Notes: generated from the sequence alone by a model not told the origin. DNA of 64,000 nucleotides from an uncultured Alphaproteobacteria bacterium (GCA_949286245.1 CASECF010000015.1:2804-66803); one strand, 5' to 3'. Positions 48,266 through 58,824 are shown, numbered from the stretch's first letter. Translations and numbers: made by a program.

Positions 48266-49267
48266 ATGAAACATCAACAGAACAAATCAGACATTATCAT
48301 TCCCAAATTTCTCATCTTTTTAGAAGATCTTCTCAAAGAACCCATTCAAGATGTCTATCGATTTTCCAAAGGATCTTCCTCTTATAACTTTAAGATTAAA
48401 ACATCTCGCCGAACAATTCTTGTTAAATTACTAAAAAAACATTCGAAACTTGGTTTTGAACGTATTTATCAAATTATGAATCGATTAGAAAAAAATCCTG
48501 ATTTAAAATACGCCCATTTACAAAAGCTAAATGGGGAACCTTATTTTGTTTATCAAAATTATTATGGCATTATCTTAGATTACATTCAAGGAGAAGCCCT
48601 TTCCTCTTATGAAATCACTCGCCGTCATTTTCGGCAAATACTCCATCTTTATGCTCTTTTTCAAAAAACGAATTTTTCAAACTGTCAAGCACTTCTCCCT
48701 CCTTATGATTTGGAGAAAATATGGAAAGACGCTTTTGTTTCTCTTCAAGAACAAGAGAATCAAATAAAGACTCATAACGGATTTCAAAAAATAATATTTC
48801 AAAGATTAGTTTCTCTTATAAAAAAGTATCTCCTTCAATTACAAAATGAACCCCTTCAAAGGAACCCCAATCGAACAACCATTATTCACGGAGATTTTCA
48901 TAATAATAATTTATTATTTCAAAAAGAAAAACTGGTTGCTCTAATTGATTTTGAAGAGGTCGGATACGGTTATCCGACTGAGGATCTGATGCGTTTTATC
49001 TTATGTCTTATTGAACGACTTCCCATCTGGATCACACCTCAATCCTACGTAGGAGAATGGATTGAGTTATCACAAAAACGGTTTTCGTTTACTCAAGAAG
49101 AGTGGTTATTAGGGCTCAATTCTTTTTCTGTTCAAAAAGTTCAAAAAATACTGCGTGGCAAGTACAAATTTTTTTCACTCAAACACTTAAAAAAAATGAT
49201 CCAACTCATCTTTTATTTTCATCTACATAAAAAAATAGCTGCTCTCATCAAAGAAAAAATAAAATAA
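48266..49267 (+). CDS. Phosphotransferase-family kinase (APH / choline-ethanolamine-kinase-like fold)
   Basis: Brenner/catalytic motif 'IIHGDFHNNNLLF' and 'LIDFEEVGYGYPTEDL' (DFE in place of the DFG-like metal-binding loop). 333 aa. Confidence 0.65.
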   Translation: MKHQQNKSDIIIPKFLIFLEDLLKEPIQDVYRFSKGSSSYNFKIKTSRRTILVKLLKKHSKLGFERIYQIMNRLEKNPDLKYAHLQKLNGEPYFVYQNYYGIILDYIQGEALSSYEITRRHFRQILHLYALFQKTNFSNCQALLPPYDLEKIWKDAFVSLQEQENQIKTHNGFQKIIFQRLVSLIKKYLLQLQNEPLQRNPNRTTIIHGDFHNNNLLFQKEKLVALIDFEEVGYGYPTEDLMRFILCLIERLPIWITPQSYVGEWIELSQKRFSFTQEEWLLGLNSFSVQKVQKILRGKYKFFSLKHLKKMIQLIFYFHLHKKIAALIKEKIK

Positions 49268-49537
49268 GTGGATTTTTTATTTTAAGCTCAATTATGAATA
49301 GGGTATGATTTTTCATTAAAATCAGGAATAAACGTATATGAGAGATCAATAGAATTATGCCGGTTTAATCCTGCCTTATGAGAAGAAATCCACACCTCTA
49401 AGCCTTAATGAATACACACTTTCCGCAAATTATACACAACGCAGGTTTAATAGCTCACAAGCATATAAATTGTGATAAGCTCTCATACATAAATCATAAT
49501 GGAGCCTTATTTTAAAATATCTCTTGATACTTTCTAC

Positions 49538-51139
49538 TCAAACAAGACTTTTTTGCGGTAAAACATCCGAATGAGACAACTGGGCCAAAATGAGAATGGT
49601 ATGAATCACGTCTTGACTGTTATATGGCTTTTCCAAGGTAGATTCAATACGAGCTTCCCCTCCTTGAAGAGCTTTTATATACTCCTGAGAACACCATAAT
49701 AAAAACGGAATTTCCGTCATGGGTTTATTAGCCAACTGAGAATGTCCCAAAATTTTCTTGGTATCCGTATCGAAAATATCTTCGCCATGATCACTTAAAT
49801 ACAATAAAAAGCTTTTACCCAAAACAGATTTTAACATTGTTATCATTTGAGCCAGCACATAATCCGTATACCTAATACTGTCATCATAGGCATTTAACAG
49901 AGCATGACCTTCTTTTGAAAGATTTTTTCTAGGAAAGGGTTCTTTAAAATATTTAAAAGAGGCCGGATAGCGATTGGCATATGCAGAATGAGATCCGATC
50001 AAATGGACAAAAATAACTTTTTTAAGAACGGTTTGATCCGATAAAACTTTTTTGAAATCCGGCAGCATATCGCCGTCAAACCCTGTTTTTTCAAATCGTT
50101 TCATTCCACTAAAATTAAATGATTTTTCCCAAGAAGCTTGTTTTGAAATAGCGGTGATAAGCGTATCGGACAAAGCATATTGATTTGAGAACCAATATGT
50201 TTTAAATCCTGCCTGATTAAAAAACTCCACAATAGAGCCCTTTTGATATAAGTATTCGGGATGTTCGGAATCCATAAATGTCAATACCCGCTCCAAAACC
50301 GGCAGGGTTTGAGCAAATGGAGAGATCACGTTTTTAAAGGCATAAATTTTTTCTCCCGTTTTTTCTAAGAACTCATTTGTGTCCCGCGGGTATCCGTATA
50401 ATGAAAGATGTGATCGATTGGCGGATTCCCCGATAACAATCACATATGTTTCCGGTTCCTTCGGATCGACCTTTGAAACAATGCCTTGAAAAGGAGGTGC
50501 TTTTTTTTGATTAACCCAATTCTTCAATTCGGAATACGTTTTATGATACGCATACAAATGATAAAAAACATTGCTATACGGATTTAAAATATAGCCATCC
50601 TTAAATTTAAATCCCCTTTTAAATAAATTACGCACGAAAGGAATAGCGCATACACCACAAAAGATTCCACCGATTATTTGTTGTACCAAGGATAATTCGA
50701 GCGGTTGTAAAGATAAGAGAAAAACAAGTGGTAGGCCCAAAAAAAGAGGAGCTAAAACAAACAGAATCATCGGAACATTTTGACTCATAAACTCCTTTGT
50801 TTCTTTCATATTAGAAACAAATAACGTAAAAAACGTATTTAATCCGATTCGTGTTTTAAACAGGTAAATATGACTGATTTCAATAAACATGAGTGGGACA
50901 AAACAAAAATGGATAAAAAGCATATAAGCCTTCACCCACATCGGGAAAACAAACAACGGAAGAGCCACCAAAAAACAAACAGGAAATGTCCGGACAACAT
51001 CTTTTAAAAATAATTTAAAAAAGAGAGGATCTTTTAAAGAGGCTTCCGATAAACTCCGCAAAAATGTATAAAGAAGCGGTAAAAAGCCGATCCATAAAAT
51101 ATATCCGAAACATAAAAATAAATTTGACATAGAACTCAT
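49538..51139 (-). CDS. Phosphoethanolamine transferase (EptA/EptB/OpgE-like; N-terminal TM domain plus sulfatase-like domain)
   Basis: Five or so N-terminal TM helices, then 'YVIVIGESANRSHLSLYGYPRDTNEFL', which matches the EptA 'ViGESaR...LYGY.R.TtP.L' catalytic-region signature. 533 aa. Confidence 0.75.
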   Translation of the reverse strand: MSSMSNLFLCFGYILWIGFLPLLYTFLRSLSEASLKDPLFFKLFLKDVVRTFPVCFLVALPLFVFPMWVKAYMLFIHFCFVPLMFIEISHIYLFKTRIGLNTFFTLFVSNMKETKEFMSQNVPMILFVLAPLFLGLPLVFLLSLQPLELSLVQQIIGGIFCGVCAIPFVRNLFKRGFKFKDGYILNPYSNVFYHLYAYHKTYSELKNWVNQKKAPPFQGIVSKVDPKEPETYVIVIGESANRSHLSLYGYPRDTNEFLEKTGEKIYAFKNVISPFAQTLPVLERVLTFMDSEHPEYLYQKGSIVEFFNQAGFKTYWFSNQYALSDTLITAISKQASWEKSFNFSGMKRFEKTGFDGDMLPDFKKVLSDQTVLKKVIFVHLIGSHSAYANRYPASFKYFKEPFPRKNLSKEGHALLNAYDDSIRYTDYVLAQMITMLKSVLGKSFLLYLSDHGEDIFDTDTKKILGHSQLANKPMTEIPFLLWCSQEYIKALQGGEARIESTLEKPYNSQDVIHTILILAQLSHSDVLPQKSLV

Positions 51140-51221
51140 CCGGTCTTAAATTAAAATATCCCGTCAGTATAAAAAAATGTCTTTTATTTGTCAAGGAACC
51201 GAAAACTTTTTAAGGAGTACC

Positions 51222-52469
51222 ATGTCTCTTCTCATTAAAAACGCCCGTATCAATGGAAAAAAACAAGATTTATACGTCTATCAAAATCGTATTCAGCAAA
51301 TTTGTTCCACCATTTCAAAACAAGCAGACGATGTTATTGATGCCTCTCAAAAAGCACTCCTGCCGGCGTTTTACAACACTCATACGCATGCGGCTATGGT
51401 TGCGTTAAGAGGATTAGGAGAAGACAAAGAGCTCAATGACTGGCTCACTCAAGATATTTGGCCGAGAGAAGCCAAAATGACTCCCGAACTCATTTATCAC
51501 GCTACTCGGTTAGCCATTTTAGAAATGATCAAAAGCGGAACCGTTTTTTTCTCAGACATGTATTTTTATATGCCGGAAACAATCAGAGCGGTTGATGAAA
51601 TGGGTGTGCGAGCCGCCATATCGGTTGTCGGAATGGATCTGTTTGACCCCCGACAAACGCAAGAGAAAAAAAAGCAAATGCGCTCCTTTTTTGAAACACC
51701 CGTACCAACCGACAGAATTATCAAAACAGTCGCCTGTCATGGTCTCTACACTGTTTCGGAGGAGTTGTTTTTATTCGCAATTAACTTAATGAAAGAACAA
51801 AAAACGTTTTTACATGTCCATGCCGCCGAAACGAAACAAGAAACAGAAGACTGTTCACAAAGATATGGTGTATCGATCGTGGAGCAACTGAATAAATGGC
51901 ATGCTTTAGGACCAAAAACCATTTTGGCTCATGCGGTTCATTTATCCGAGAAAGAGCGTGAAATCATTGCGGACACTCAAACAGTTATCGCTCATTGTCC
52001 GATATCGAATTTAAAATTAAATTCCGGTCAAATGCCTCTTGATGATTATCTGAAAAAAGGCATACCCGTCACCTTGGGAACGGATGGCGCCGCCTCCAAC
52101 AACAGCCTCAGCATGCTCGGAGAAATGAAAATAGCGGCACTGTCTGCTAAAAATCAAGCGAACAATATCAAAGCCGGAAGAGTTTCCGACATTTTCCGAA
52201 TGGCTACGCGTTCCGGAGCAACCGCCTTCGGACTGGATGCCGGAGAAATTCGAGAAGGAGCTTTGGCCGATTTTATTTTGGTTGACTTGACAAATCCCCT
52301 TTTAATGCCTCAATATGATTTAATAGCAAATTTAGTCTATGCGGCGGATTCTTCTTGCATTACGGATGTTTGTTGCAATGGGAAAATGATTATGAAGGAA
52401 AAAAACATTAGCCAAGAAAAAGAGATAAAAAAGGCGTTTATGGAGGCTCTTGAAAAAAGCATTCCATAA
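51222..52469 (+). CDS. Amidohydrolase-superfamily deaminase (MtaD/SsnA-like: 5-methylthioadenosine/S-adenosylhomocysteine or related nucleoside deaminase)
   Basis: 'FYNTHTHAAMVALRGLGEDKELNDWLTQDIWPRE' is the HxH metal site plus the W...IWP.E motif of the MtaD/TrzA-like subgroup. 'VHAAE' and 'HC' motifs are also present. The start was set at MSLLIKNARI (AAGGAG RBS). Confidence 0.7.
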   Translation: MSLLIKNARINGKKQDLYVYQNRIQQICSTISKQADDVIDASQKALLPAFYNTHTHAAMVALRGLGEDKELNDWLTQDIWPREAKMTPELIYHATRLAILEMIKSGTVFFSDMYFYMPETIRAVDEMGVRAAISVVGMDLFDPRQTQEKKKQMRSFFETPVPTDRIIKTVACHGLYTVSEELFLFAINLMKEQKTFLHVHAAETKQETEDCSQRYGVSIVEQLNKWHALGPKTILAHAVHLSEKEREIIADTQTVIAHCPISNLKLNSGQMPLDDYLKKGIPVTLGTDGAASNNSLSMLGEMKIAALSAKNQANNIKAGRVSDIFRMATRSGATAFGLDAGEIREGALADFILVDLTNPLLMPQYDLIANLVYAADSSCITDVCCNGKMIMKEKNISQEKEIKKAFMEALEKSIP

Positions 52470-52498
52470 AAGAAAAATAACTAAGGGGGGAATTTTTT

Positions 52499-53224
52499 AT
52501 GACATTTCAAAAAAGCTTAACTGTTTTTGAAAAAACTTTTAGTCCGTTTTTTTTATTGGGAATTTTTATTTTATCTTTTTTTGAACCAATTATTCAATCT
52601 TATGCAAAATCGGATCATTTTATAATTTTCTACGGTATTATTCCACTTTTAAACGCTTTTTTAACAGTCTTAAGCGTCAAAATCGGTTTTTATTTTATCT
52701 CAAAATATATTCCTCACTCCGGTTTTCTTTCTTTAGAGAAAAGGACTGTTTATTTCACTTCTTTTTGGGCCGGATTAACCTGTTTATTCATTGGGAGTAC
52801 TTATGGAATTTATCCCTTGGGCGCTTTTATTGTTTTTCTGATGCTTCGTCGTATTCGTTCCTTTTTGCTTCAAACGAAACGTCTTTTACAAAGGAATGAG
52901 GTCAACAGTCGACAAGACGTCATTGACTTTTTAAGTTTCTTTTTACACTTAATCATCACTTTTTCTGTCATCAATTTATTGCTTCAAAATATTGATCATC
53001 GAATAGACGGCGGTTATGAATTTAATTTTGGATTAGGGATCTATGAAATTTTCAATACGATTTATTTTACAATTGCAACCGTTACGACGGTTGGCTACGG
53101 AGATATTGTTCCCCAAACATATCTGTCAAAAATGGTCATCGCCTTTGAATGTTTGATCAGCTATGTCACCTTTGGTTTAATGATCGGCATCATCACAAAA
53201 GGCGTTAATTTCCATCGCCGATAA
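52499..53224 (+). CDS. Two-pore-helix-type potassium channel family protein (KcsA-like selectivity filter)
   Basis: Selectivity filter 'TVTTVGYGDIVPQT' flanked by TM helices. 241 aa. RBS AAGGGGGGA. Confidence 0.75.
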   Translation: MTFQKSLTVFEKTFSPFFLLGIFILSFFEPIIQSYAKSDHFIIFYGIIPLLNAFLTVLSVKIGFYFISKYIPHSGFLSLEKRTVYFTSFWAGLTCLFIGSTYGIYPLGAFIVFLMLRRIRSFLLQTKRLLQRNEVNSRQDVIDFLSFFLHLIITFSVINLLLQNIDHRIDGGYEFNFGLGIYEIFNTIYFTIATVTTVGYGDIVPQTYLSKMVIAFECLISYVTFGLMIGIITKGVNFHRR

Positions 53225-53475
53225 ATTAAAAAATTATTTTTGACTTCGATTGTCATCATTTGTCATTTTTTGGTCAACTTTGCCTTGTCGCATTTTAGAG
53301 AAAAGTTTGATATAATATCTCTATAATCGATTTAGTCTAGTTTCTTTTTCTTTCTAAATTGATTAAATCCGAATCTTTTAAGCCGTCCCGAACAGGTCGG
53401 TTTTTTATTTTCTCATCTATTCGGGCTCACTCATTTTTTATTGATAAAAATCATCACACGACGAAAGGACAAGAC

Positions 53476-54354
53476 ATGCAAATAAACACCATTACACTCA
53501 CGGGGGGAACAAAAGCAAGGGCCAAAGATGTTAACGACAACATCAACATTTTAAAAAATGCGATTTATTCTTTAGAAGAAACCGTCAATGAATATAAACA
53601 AGCCCTTGAAGAAATCAAAAAAAAGCCGACACGAGAAATGTTTGACATCTATTTTTCACTAGACGGAAATGCCCCCACGGGAGCCTATCCGCTTTGGACG
53701 GGTGAATGGATCAGTCACTGTTCATCGATTTATCCCGATTTTTGGACAGAGCTTGGAAAACGGATTCAAAATAACGCCATTCAAGCCATTACAGAAGAAG
53801 AATATGAAGAAGCCCTAGAAGAATTTGGTCAATGCGCTTCTTTTGTTTATGATGAATTAAATGACCGTGTTCGACTTCCCAAAATCACACGGTTTATTTC
53901 TTCCATTGAAGAAATAACCGATCTGGCAAGCATTGAAAATGACGCTATGCAAAACATTACCGGAAAATTCGGAGGAACCATTTGCGGAGATCCGGAAGGA
54001 GCCTTTGAAACGGAAACAGATTTTGTGGGAGGCATTCGAACGGGTGGATATCAGGGGAGATATTATCATTTCGATGCCTCTTTACAAGTCAGGACAGCCG
54101 ATGAAACACGACCTAAAAACGTTCGATTAGCGTTATTTTTACAAGTTGCCAACAATACCGGCGAAATAGCGTCTATGAACACACAGCTGATTGCAGAAGA
54201 ATTATCCTCATCCTTAAACAGTTTAAAAGAAGCCGAAACAACTGCCCTCACAGCGATTCAAACCGCTACGGATGAAGCATTAAAACGTCTTGAAAGCACC
54301 TCTTCTTTAAGTGATATCCAAGAAGCGTTGGAAACTATCAATGGATCTTTTTGA
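53476..54354 (+). CDS. Hypothetical protein with phage tail-collar/tail-fibre-like features. Orphan.
   Basis: N-terminal 'MQINTITLTGGTKARAKDVNDNINILKNAIY' plus coiled coil, then 'YPLWTGEWISHCSSIYPDFWTELG...RLPKITRFI'. This resembles the 'GW..C.G.....YP.LF..LG...F.LPDLRG' pattern of phage tail-collar (microcystin-dependent-protein-like) domains. Weak, motif-level only. Confidence 0.35.
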   Translation: MQINTITLTGGTKARAKDVNDNINILKNAIYSLEETVNEYKQALEEIKKKPTREMFDIYFSLDGNAPTGAYPLWTGEWISHCSSIYPDFWTELGKRIQNNAIQAITEEEYEEALEEFGQCASFVYDELNDRVRLPKITRFISSIEEITDLASIENDAMQNITGKFGGTICGDPEGAFETETDFVGGIRTGGYQGRYYHFDASLQVRTADETRPKNVRLALFLQVANNTGEIASMNTQLIAEELSSSLNSLKEAETTALTAIQTATDEALKRLESTSSLSDIQEALETINGSF

Positions 54355-54437
54355 TAGTTTTTCAAAAACCAAAAGGTCCTCTGTCATCTGCCCGATAAAC
54401 GGGCGGATGATGGGTTTTTTATTTTTGGCTCTTTTTG

Positions 54438-55091
54438 TTAATCTCTTTTTGTTTGTAAAAAATCCCGAACGGTCGGCATCATTTTTTCAACCATCACTCG
54501 AACCCCCTTGGCGGATGGATGGACATGATCTGACAAGAAATACTCCGATTGCATATTGAGAGTAATCGGTGTTAATTCAAACAATCCATCCATAAAAAAG
54601 GGATACAGTATCAAATCATATTTTTGTGCCAAATCCCGATACATTTGTTGAAATGCGTTTCGATATGAGATCGGAGCGGTTGGAGGTGCCTGCATACCGA
54701 TTAACAAAACGGGAATATGATTTTGTTGAAACGTTTCGATCATTGTTTCCAGATTTTTTTGAGTTTCTTCGATCGGTCTATGTCTCAACGCATCATTGAT
54801 TCCCAACTCAAGCAAAACGGCTGACGGCTTTTTTTTGAGAGCCTGACTTTGACGCCGAACGCCCCCTGCCGTTGTCTCTCCGCTTTTGCTGGCATTAAGC
54901 ACTTTAATATTTGGAAATTCTTGCTTTAAAGCCTCTTCTAAACGATTATAAAAAGAATCCTCTTTCGGCAACCGATATCCGGCTGCCAAACTGTCTCCGT
55001 AAACCATCAATACAAACGGCTCTTGAGACGAGGCCGGAAAAATATAAAAACACATCCATAAAAGACTAAATAACTTTATAAAAAAGCGCAT
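54438..55091 (-). CDS. SGNH/GDSL hydrolase, TesA-like (acyl-CoA thioesterase I / lysophospholipase L1 / arylesterase), secreted
   Basis: Signal peptide, then 'VLMVYGDSLAAGY' (GDSL block I). 'GINDALRHRP' (the GxND block III) and 'DHVHP' (the DxxH block V catalytic pair). The start was set at MRFFIKLF (AAAGGGGA RBS). Confidence 0.8.
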   Translation of the reverse strand: MRFFIKLFSLLWMCFYIFPASSQEPFVLMVYGDSLAAGYRLPKEDSFYNRLEEALKQEFPNIKVLNASKSGETTAGGVRRQSQALKKKPSAVLLELGINDALRHRPIEETQKNLETMIETFQQNHIPVLLIGMQAPPTAPISYRNAFQQMYRDLAQKYDLILYPFFMDGLFELTPITLNMQSEYFLSDHVHPSAKGVRVMVEKMMPTVRDFLQTKRD

Positions 55092-55363
55092 TCTTTCCCC
55101 TTTCTTTTTATACCTTTTAAAAACCGATTTATTATACCACGCTTCAACCGAAAAAAAAGATTTTTTTATTATTGTTTCTTGAGTGTTGAACCATTTATTT
55201 AAAAAAAGATTGAAATTCCGATAATTTTTTTTATAATGAAAAAAATTCATAAAACAAAACATATAAGGGAGAGTTTTTCCCCTCAATTCATCTGTTTTTT
55301 TACCTGATCCGCTTCTTCAAAATCATTATTCTTCAAAGAGCGGACACAAAAGAGGAAGATAAA

Positions 55364-55960
55364 ATGTTCGCAGAATTAGATCTTGTTCAAAAAGAAGTTT
55401 CGACATGTACAAAATGCCCCCTATGTCAATCTCGTCACACGGTTGTTTTTTCGGATGGAGTCCCGAACAACAAACTGATGTTGATCGGAGAAGCCCCCGG
55501 CTATAATGAAGATATGCAAGGAAAACCTTTTGTCGGCAGAGCCGGACAATTATTGGATAAAATTTTAGAATCGGTCGGTCTCTCTCGAGAGAAAGATATT
55601 TATATCTGTAATACGATTAAGTGCCGTCCACCTGAAAACAGAGACCCGTCTCCGAGTGAAAAAGAAGCCTGTCGATCTTATTTAGACGCCCAAATTCGCA
55701 TTTTAAAACCTAAAATTATTCTTTTATGCGGAAAAGTTGCCCTCACCTCCTTTATGAATACCCCTTTAGGTATTTCCAAATTGAGGGGGCAATGGTTCGA
55801 TGGACCGTATGGTTCTAAAATGATGCCTATTTTTCATCCCTCCTATTTACTGCGAAATCCATCTAAAGAAGTCGGTTCTCCCAAGTGGTTGATGTGGCAA
55901 GATATGAAAGAGGTCAAAAAAGCCTACGATTTGCTTAATGAAGCGGAACCCACCGAATAA
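55364..55960 (+). CDS. Uracil-DNA glycosylase, family 4 (Fe-S type)
   Basis: 'CTKCPLCQSRHTVVFSDGVPNNKLMLIGEAPGYNEDMQGKPFVGRAGQLLD' contains the family-4 motifs GEAPG and F.G.AG.LL plus cysteine ligands. 198 aa. Confidence 0.85.
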   Translation: MFAELDLVQKEVSTCTKCPLCQSRHTVVFSDGVPNNKLMLIGEAPGYNEDMQGKPFVGRAGQLLDKILESVGLSREKDIYICNTIKCRPPENRDPSPSEKEACRSYLDAQIRILKPKIILLCGKVALTSFMNTPLGISKLRGQWFDGPYGSKMMPIFHPSYLLRNPSKEVGSPKWLMWQDMKEVKKAYDLLNEAEPTE

Positions 55961-56159
55961 AAGTAGGTAGCCCCATACAAGCGATTCAAAAATAAAAAAC
56001 AAAACCGATTTTAAAAATGAGAAAAGAAACAGACAGGTATCAACAGGACAAATGAGAATAGAAATGAGAGCAGAAACGGGAATTGGATCGGGAACGGGGC
56101 TCAAAAAAAGGAGCGAAATTAAAACCCTGACACATAAAAAATCGGAGGTATAAAAGAAA

Positions 56160-57287
56160 ATGTTTTTTTTCATGATCATGATATCCGGCTTGATCGGAAC
56201 GGGATATACCTCATTTCGCCTTTTACATCGTCAACCGCTCCGTTTCGGATATAAGGTTCTGATAACCGTTTTTATTTTAGCCTGTTGGTTTATGCCGGCC
56301 TTTATCAGGGACAGAGGGGTGTTAAGCGGTGTTCCGTTTATTGCTCTTTCTTATATCGGATATTTTTTATTTGTTTTTTTCTTTTTATTATTTATCTTTT
56401 TAATCACACGAGACATCATCTGGTTTTGTATTCGTTTTATTCAAAAGAGAATCAATCCGACTTTAAAACCCGTTTCAAGTCATTTTCTCCGACAAGCAAA
56501 CTTAATCACATTGATTATCACATTGACCCTTACGACATACAGTCTTTACGAAGGAACAAAAGTTCCCGATCTAAAAGAAATAACTCTTTACTCTGATAAA
56601 ATTCAAGAACCTGTTCAAATTGTTTTGTTAACAGATTTACATTTATCGAGATCCCTCTCTCAGACAAAACTGGACGGGATTATTGATCGAGTCAATAATC
56701 TTCATCCCGACATTATTTTGCTGGCAGGAGATATCATTGACGATCAAGAAAAACACATTCAAAATTTAGTACAAAGCATGTCACGTCTCAAAGCAAAAAG
56801 CGGTGTTTTTGCCACCTCGGGGAATCATGAATTTTATGTCGGGCATGATCAAGTTCTTAAAAATTTCAAAAAAATGAATGTTATTTATTTATTCAACGAA
56901 GGACATCTCACTCAAAAAAATGTTTTTATTGCCGGTATTCCGGATCATAAACAAGTTCGCCGAATTCAAAAAAAAGCGGATATCCGACAAGCATTAACAA
57001 ATGCTCCGTCAACCGCATATAAAATTCTTTTATCACACACCCCCTCGTTTATTGATCAATTAACTCCTCATCAAATTGATTTGCAAGTTTCGGGACACAC
57101 GCATGGCGGACAGATTTTTCCATTTCATTATTTAGCTTGGCTTTTTAACGGATATTTAAACGGTCTTTATACCGTTAACGGAATGAAGCTTTATGTTTCT
57201 CGTGGATCGGGACAATGGGGTCCGCAAATGCGTTTTTTGGCCCCATCTGAAATAACTCTGATAAGACTCTCTCCTTTAAAACATTAA
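56160..57287 (+). CDS. Membrane-anchored metallophosphoesterase (calcineurin-like, YkuE-type)
   Basis: N-terminal TM helices. 'LLTDLHL', 'LAGDIIDD', 'GNHEFY' and 'SGHTHGGQ' phosphoesterase motifs. Confidence 0.8.
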   Translation: MFFFMIMISGLIGTGYTSFRLLHRQPLRFGYKVLITVFILACWFMPAFIRDRGVLSGVPFIALSYIGYFLFVFFFLLFIFLITRDIIWFCIRFIQKRINPTLKPVSSHFLRQANLITLIITLTLTTYSLYEGTKVPDLKEITLYSDKIQEPVQIVLLTDLHLSRSLSQTKLDGIIDRVNNLHPDIILLAGDIIDDQEKHIQNLVQSMSRLKAKSGVFATSGNHEFYVGHDQVLKNFKKMNVIYLFNEGHLTQKNVFIAGIPDHKQVRRIQKKADIRQALTNAPSTAYKILLSHTPSFIDQLTPHQIDLQVSGHTHGGQIFPFHYLAWLFNGYLNGLYTVNGMKLYVSRGSGQWGPQMRFLAPSEITLIRLSPLKH

Positions 57288-57477
57288 GTGAACTAAAAAG
57301 ATCATCCCCTCTCATGAGAATATCTCAGCAAAATAACAACGCTCATACGCACAAAAAATCTGCTTTTTTCTCATACCCCCCTTTTAAATATTTTGATTCC
57401 TCTTGTTCTCCGCTTCAAAACCACATGAACACCCTCCGTTCTCCTATTCACACCCAACCCCACTTCTATCATAAAAA

Positions 57478-57512
57478 AAAGAGGCAACCGTTCTTTATCG
57501 GCTACCTCTCAC
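57478..57512 (-). terminator. Hairpin plus T-run terminator downstream of ankyrin gene 1 (imperfect copy of the 59093-59128 element)
   Basis: 'gaggcaaccgttctttatcggctacctc' preceded on the plus strand by an A8 run (a T-run on the minus strand). The stem is imperfect. Confidence 0.5.
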
Positions 57513-57552
57513 ATAAAGTAAAAGCTCACTTTAAAAAATGTCTCTACTCCCC

Positions 57553-58824
57553 TTATTGTTTGATATTCTGTTTTGTTTCAACAATCTTGGCAGGAGACGG
57601 TTTTTTGTGCCGTGCCACCTTGACCGGTCCTTTATTCCCTTTTTGAGTCTTTTTAGAAACACCCTTTTGAACAGAAGAAGATTTTTGAGCTTCTTTTAAA
57701 CTCTCCGATAACCCTTTTTGAACTTTATTCTTCCCTTTTTTATTGTCTGCTTCTAACAATGCCTCAACAACCTTTCTTCGATTTTTGGGAAGAGAATATA
57801 ATATCGCATCATTCCCTTTATTATCCTTAATCTTTGTATTGGCACCATACTCAAGCAAGAGTCTTGTAATTGCTTCCGAACCCCGCTCTGCCGCCATCAT
57901 TAAGGCTATTTTCCCATTCTTATCTTGAAGATCTACTTTCGCACCATTCTCCAACAATAATTTGACAACATCTGCTTTCGATTCCCGAACGGCTATCATC
58001 AAAGCTGTTTGACCGTCATTATCTTGAAGATTAATGTCTGCTTTTGCTTTTAATAAAAGACGGATCGGTTCTAATTGAGGTGTAGAAAAAAGCTCCTTAC
58101 TTGAGCCATCTTGAACAACTTTCATCAATGCCGTTTGACCATTCTGATCTTTCAAATCAACCTCTGCTTTCGCTTCCAACAAGAGTTCCATCATCTTTAT
58201 CTTTCCTCGTTCAGCCGCACCCATCAATGGTGTTAACCCTTTGTTATCCTGAACATTAACGGGAGACTTTGCTTTTAATAACAGCTCTACAGGACCCCAA
58301 TATCCACCCTCAACGGCATGCATTAAAGCATTGCGACCATATTTATCTTGAGCAGAAACATCTGCTCCCGCAGAGAGTAAAAGCCCCACAGTATCCATCT
58401 TTCCACATCTGGCAGCATACATGAGTGGAGTCTCACCAGTACTATCCTTTTGATTAACCTCCGCCCCACGATCCAATATTGCCTGCACAAGCTTTGTATC
58501 AAATCCAATAGCATAAATTAAGGCTGTGTGACCGCATCTGTTCTTGATATTAACATCGGCCCCACATGCCAACAGGGTCGGAACTTTTTCTCCTGCATAC
58601 ACTGTCTGAAATGCGTTCATTAAGGGGGTCCAACCATCTTCATCTTGATAATTAATATCAGCCCCTCGGCCTACTAATTCTCTAATTGTTTGAGAAGCCT
58701 CCTCTTCACTTTTTGGAAAACTATATGACGAATAGCTAGCTAAATCCCTAGAATACTGTTTCAATACTTGCGGATCCGTTTCTTTCTCCTCTTTTTTACC
58801 AAACAAAAAACCAAATAAACCCAT
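57553..58824 (-). CDS. Ankyrin-repeat protein (about 10 ANK repeats) with lysine-rich C-terminal tail. Paralog 1.
   Basis: Repeated 'G.TPLM.A...G....V..LL..GADVN..D' ANK consensus units. N-terminal 'MGLFGFLFGKKE' and C-terminal 'KKGKNKVQKGLSESLKEAQK...KGPVKVARHKKPSPAKIVETKQNIKQ' are shared with paralog 2. Confidence 0.85.
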   Translation of the reverse strand: MGLFGFLFGKKEEKETDPQVLKQYSRDLASYSSYSFPKSEEEASQTIRELVGRGADINYQDEDGWTPLMNAFQTVYAGEKVPTLLACGADVNIKNRCGHTALIYAIGFDTKLVQAILDRGAEVNQKDSTGETPLMYAARCGKMDTVGLLLSAGADVSAQDKYGRNALMHAVEGGYWGPVELLLKAKSPVNVQDNKGLTPLMGAAERGKIKMMELLLEAKAEVDLKDQNGQTALMKVVQDGSSKELFSTPQLEPIRLLLKAKADINLQDNDGQTALMIAVRESKADVVKLLLENGAKVDLQDKNGKIALMMAAERGSEAITRLLLEYGANTKIKDNKGNDAILYSLPKNRRKVVEALLEADNKKGKNKVQKGLSESLKEAQKSSSVQKGVSKKTQKGNKGPVKVARHKKPSPAKIVETKQNIKQ

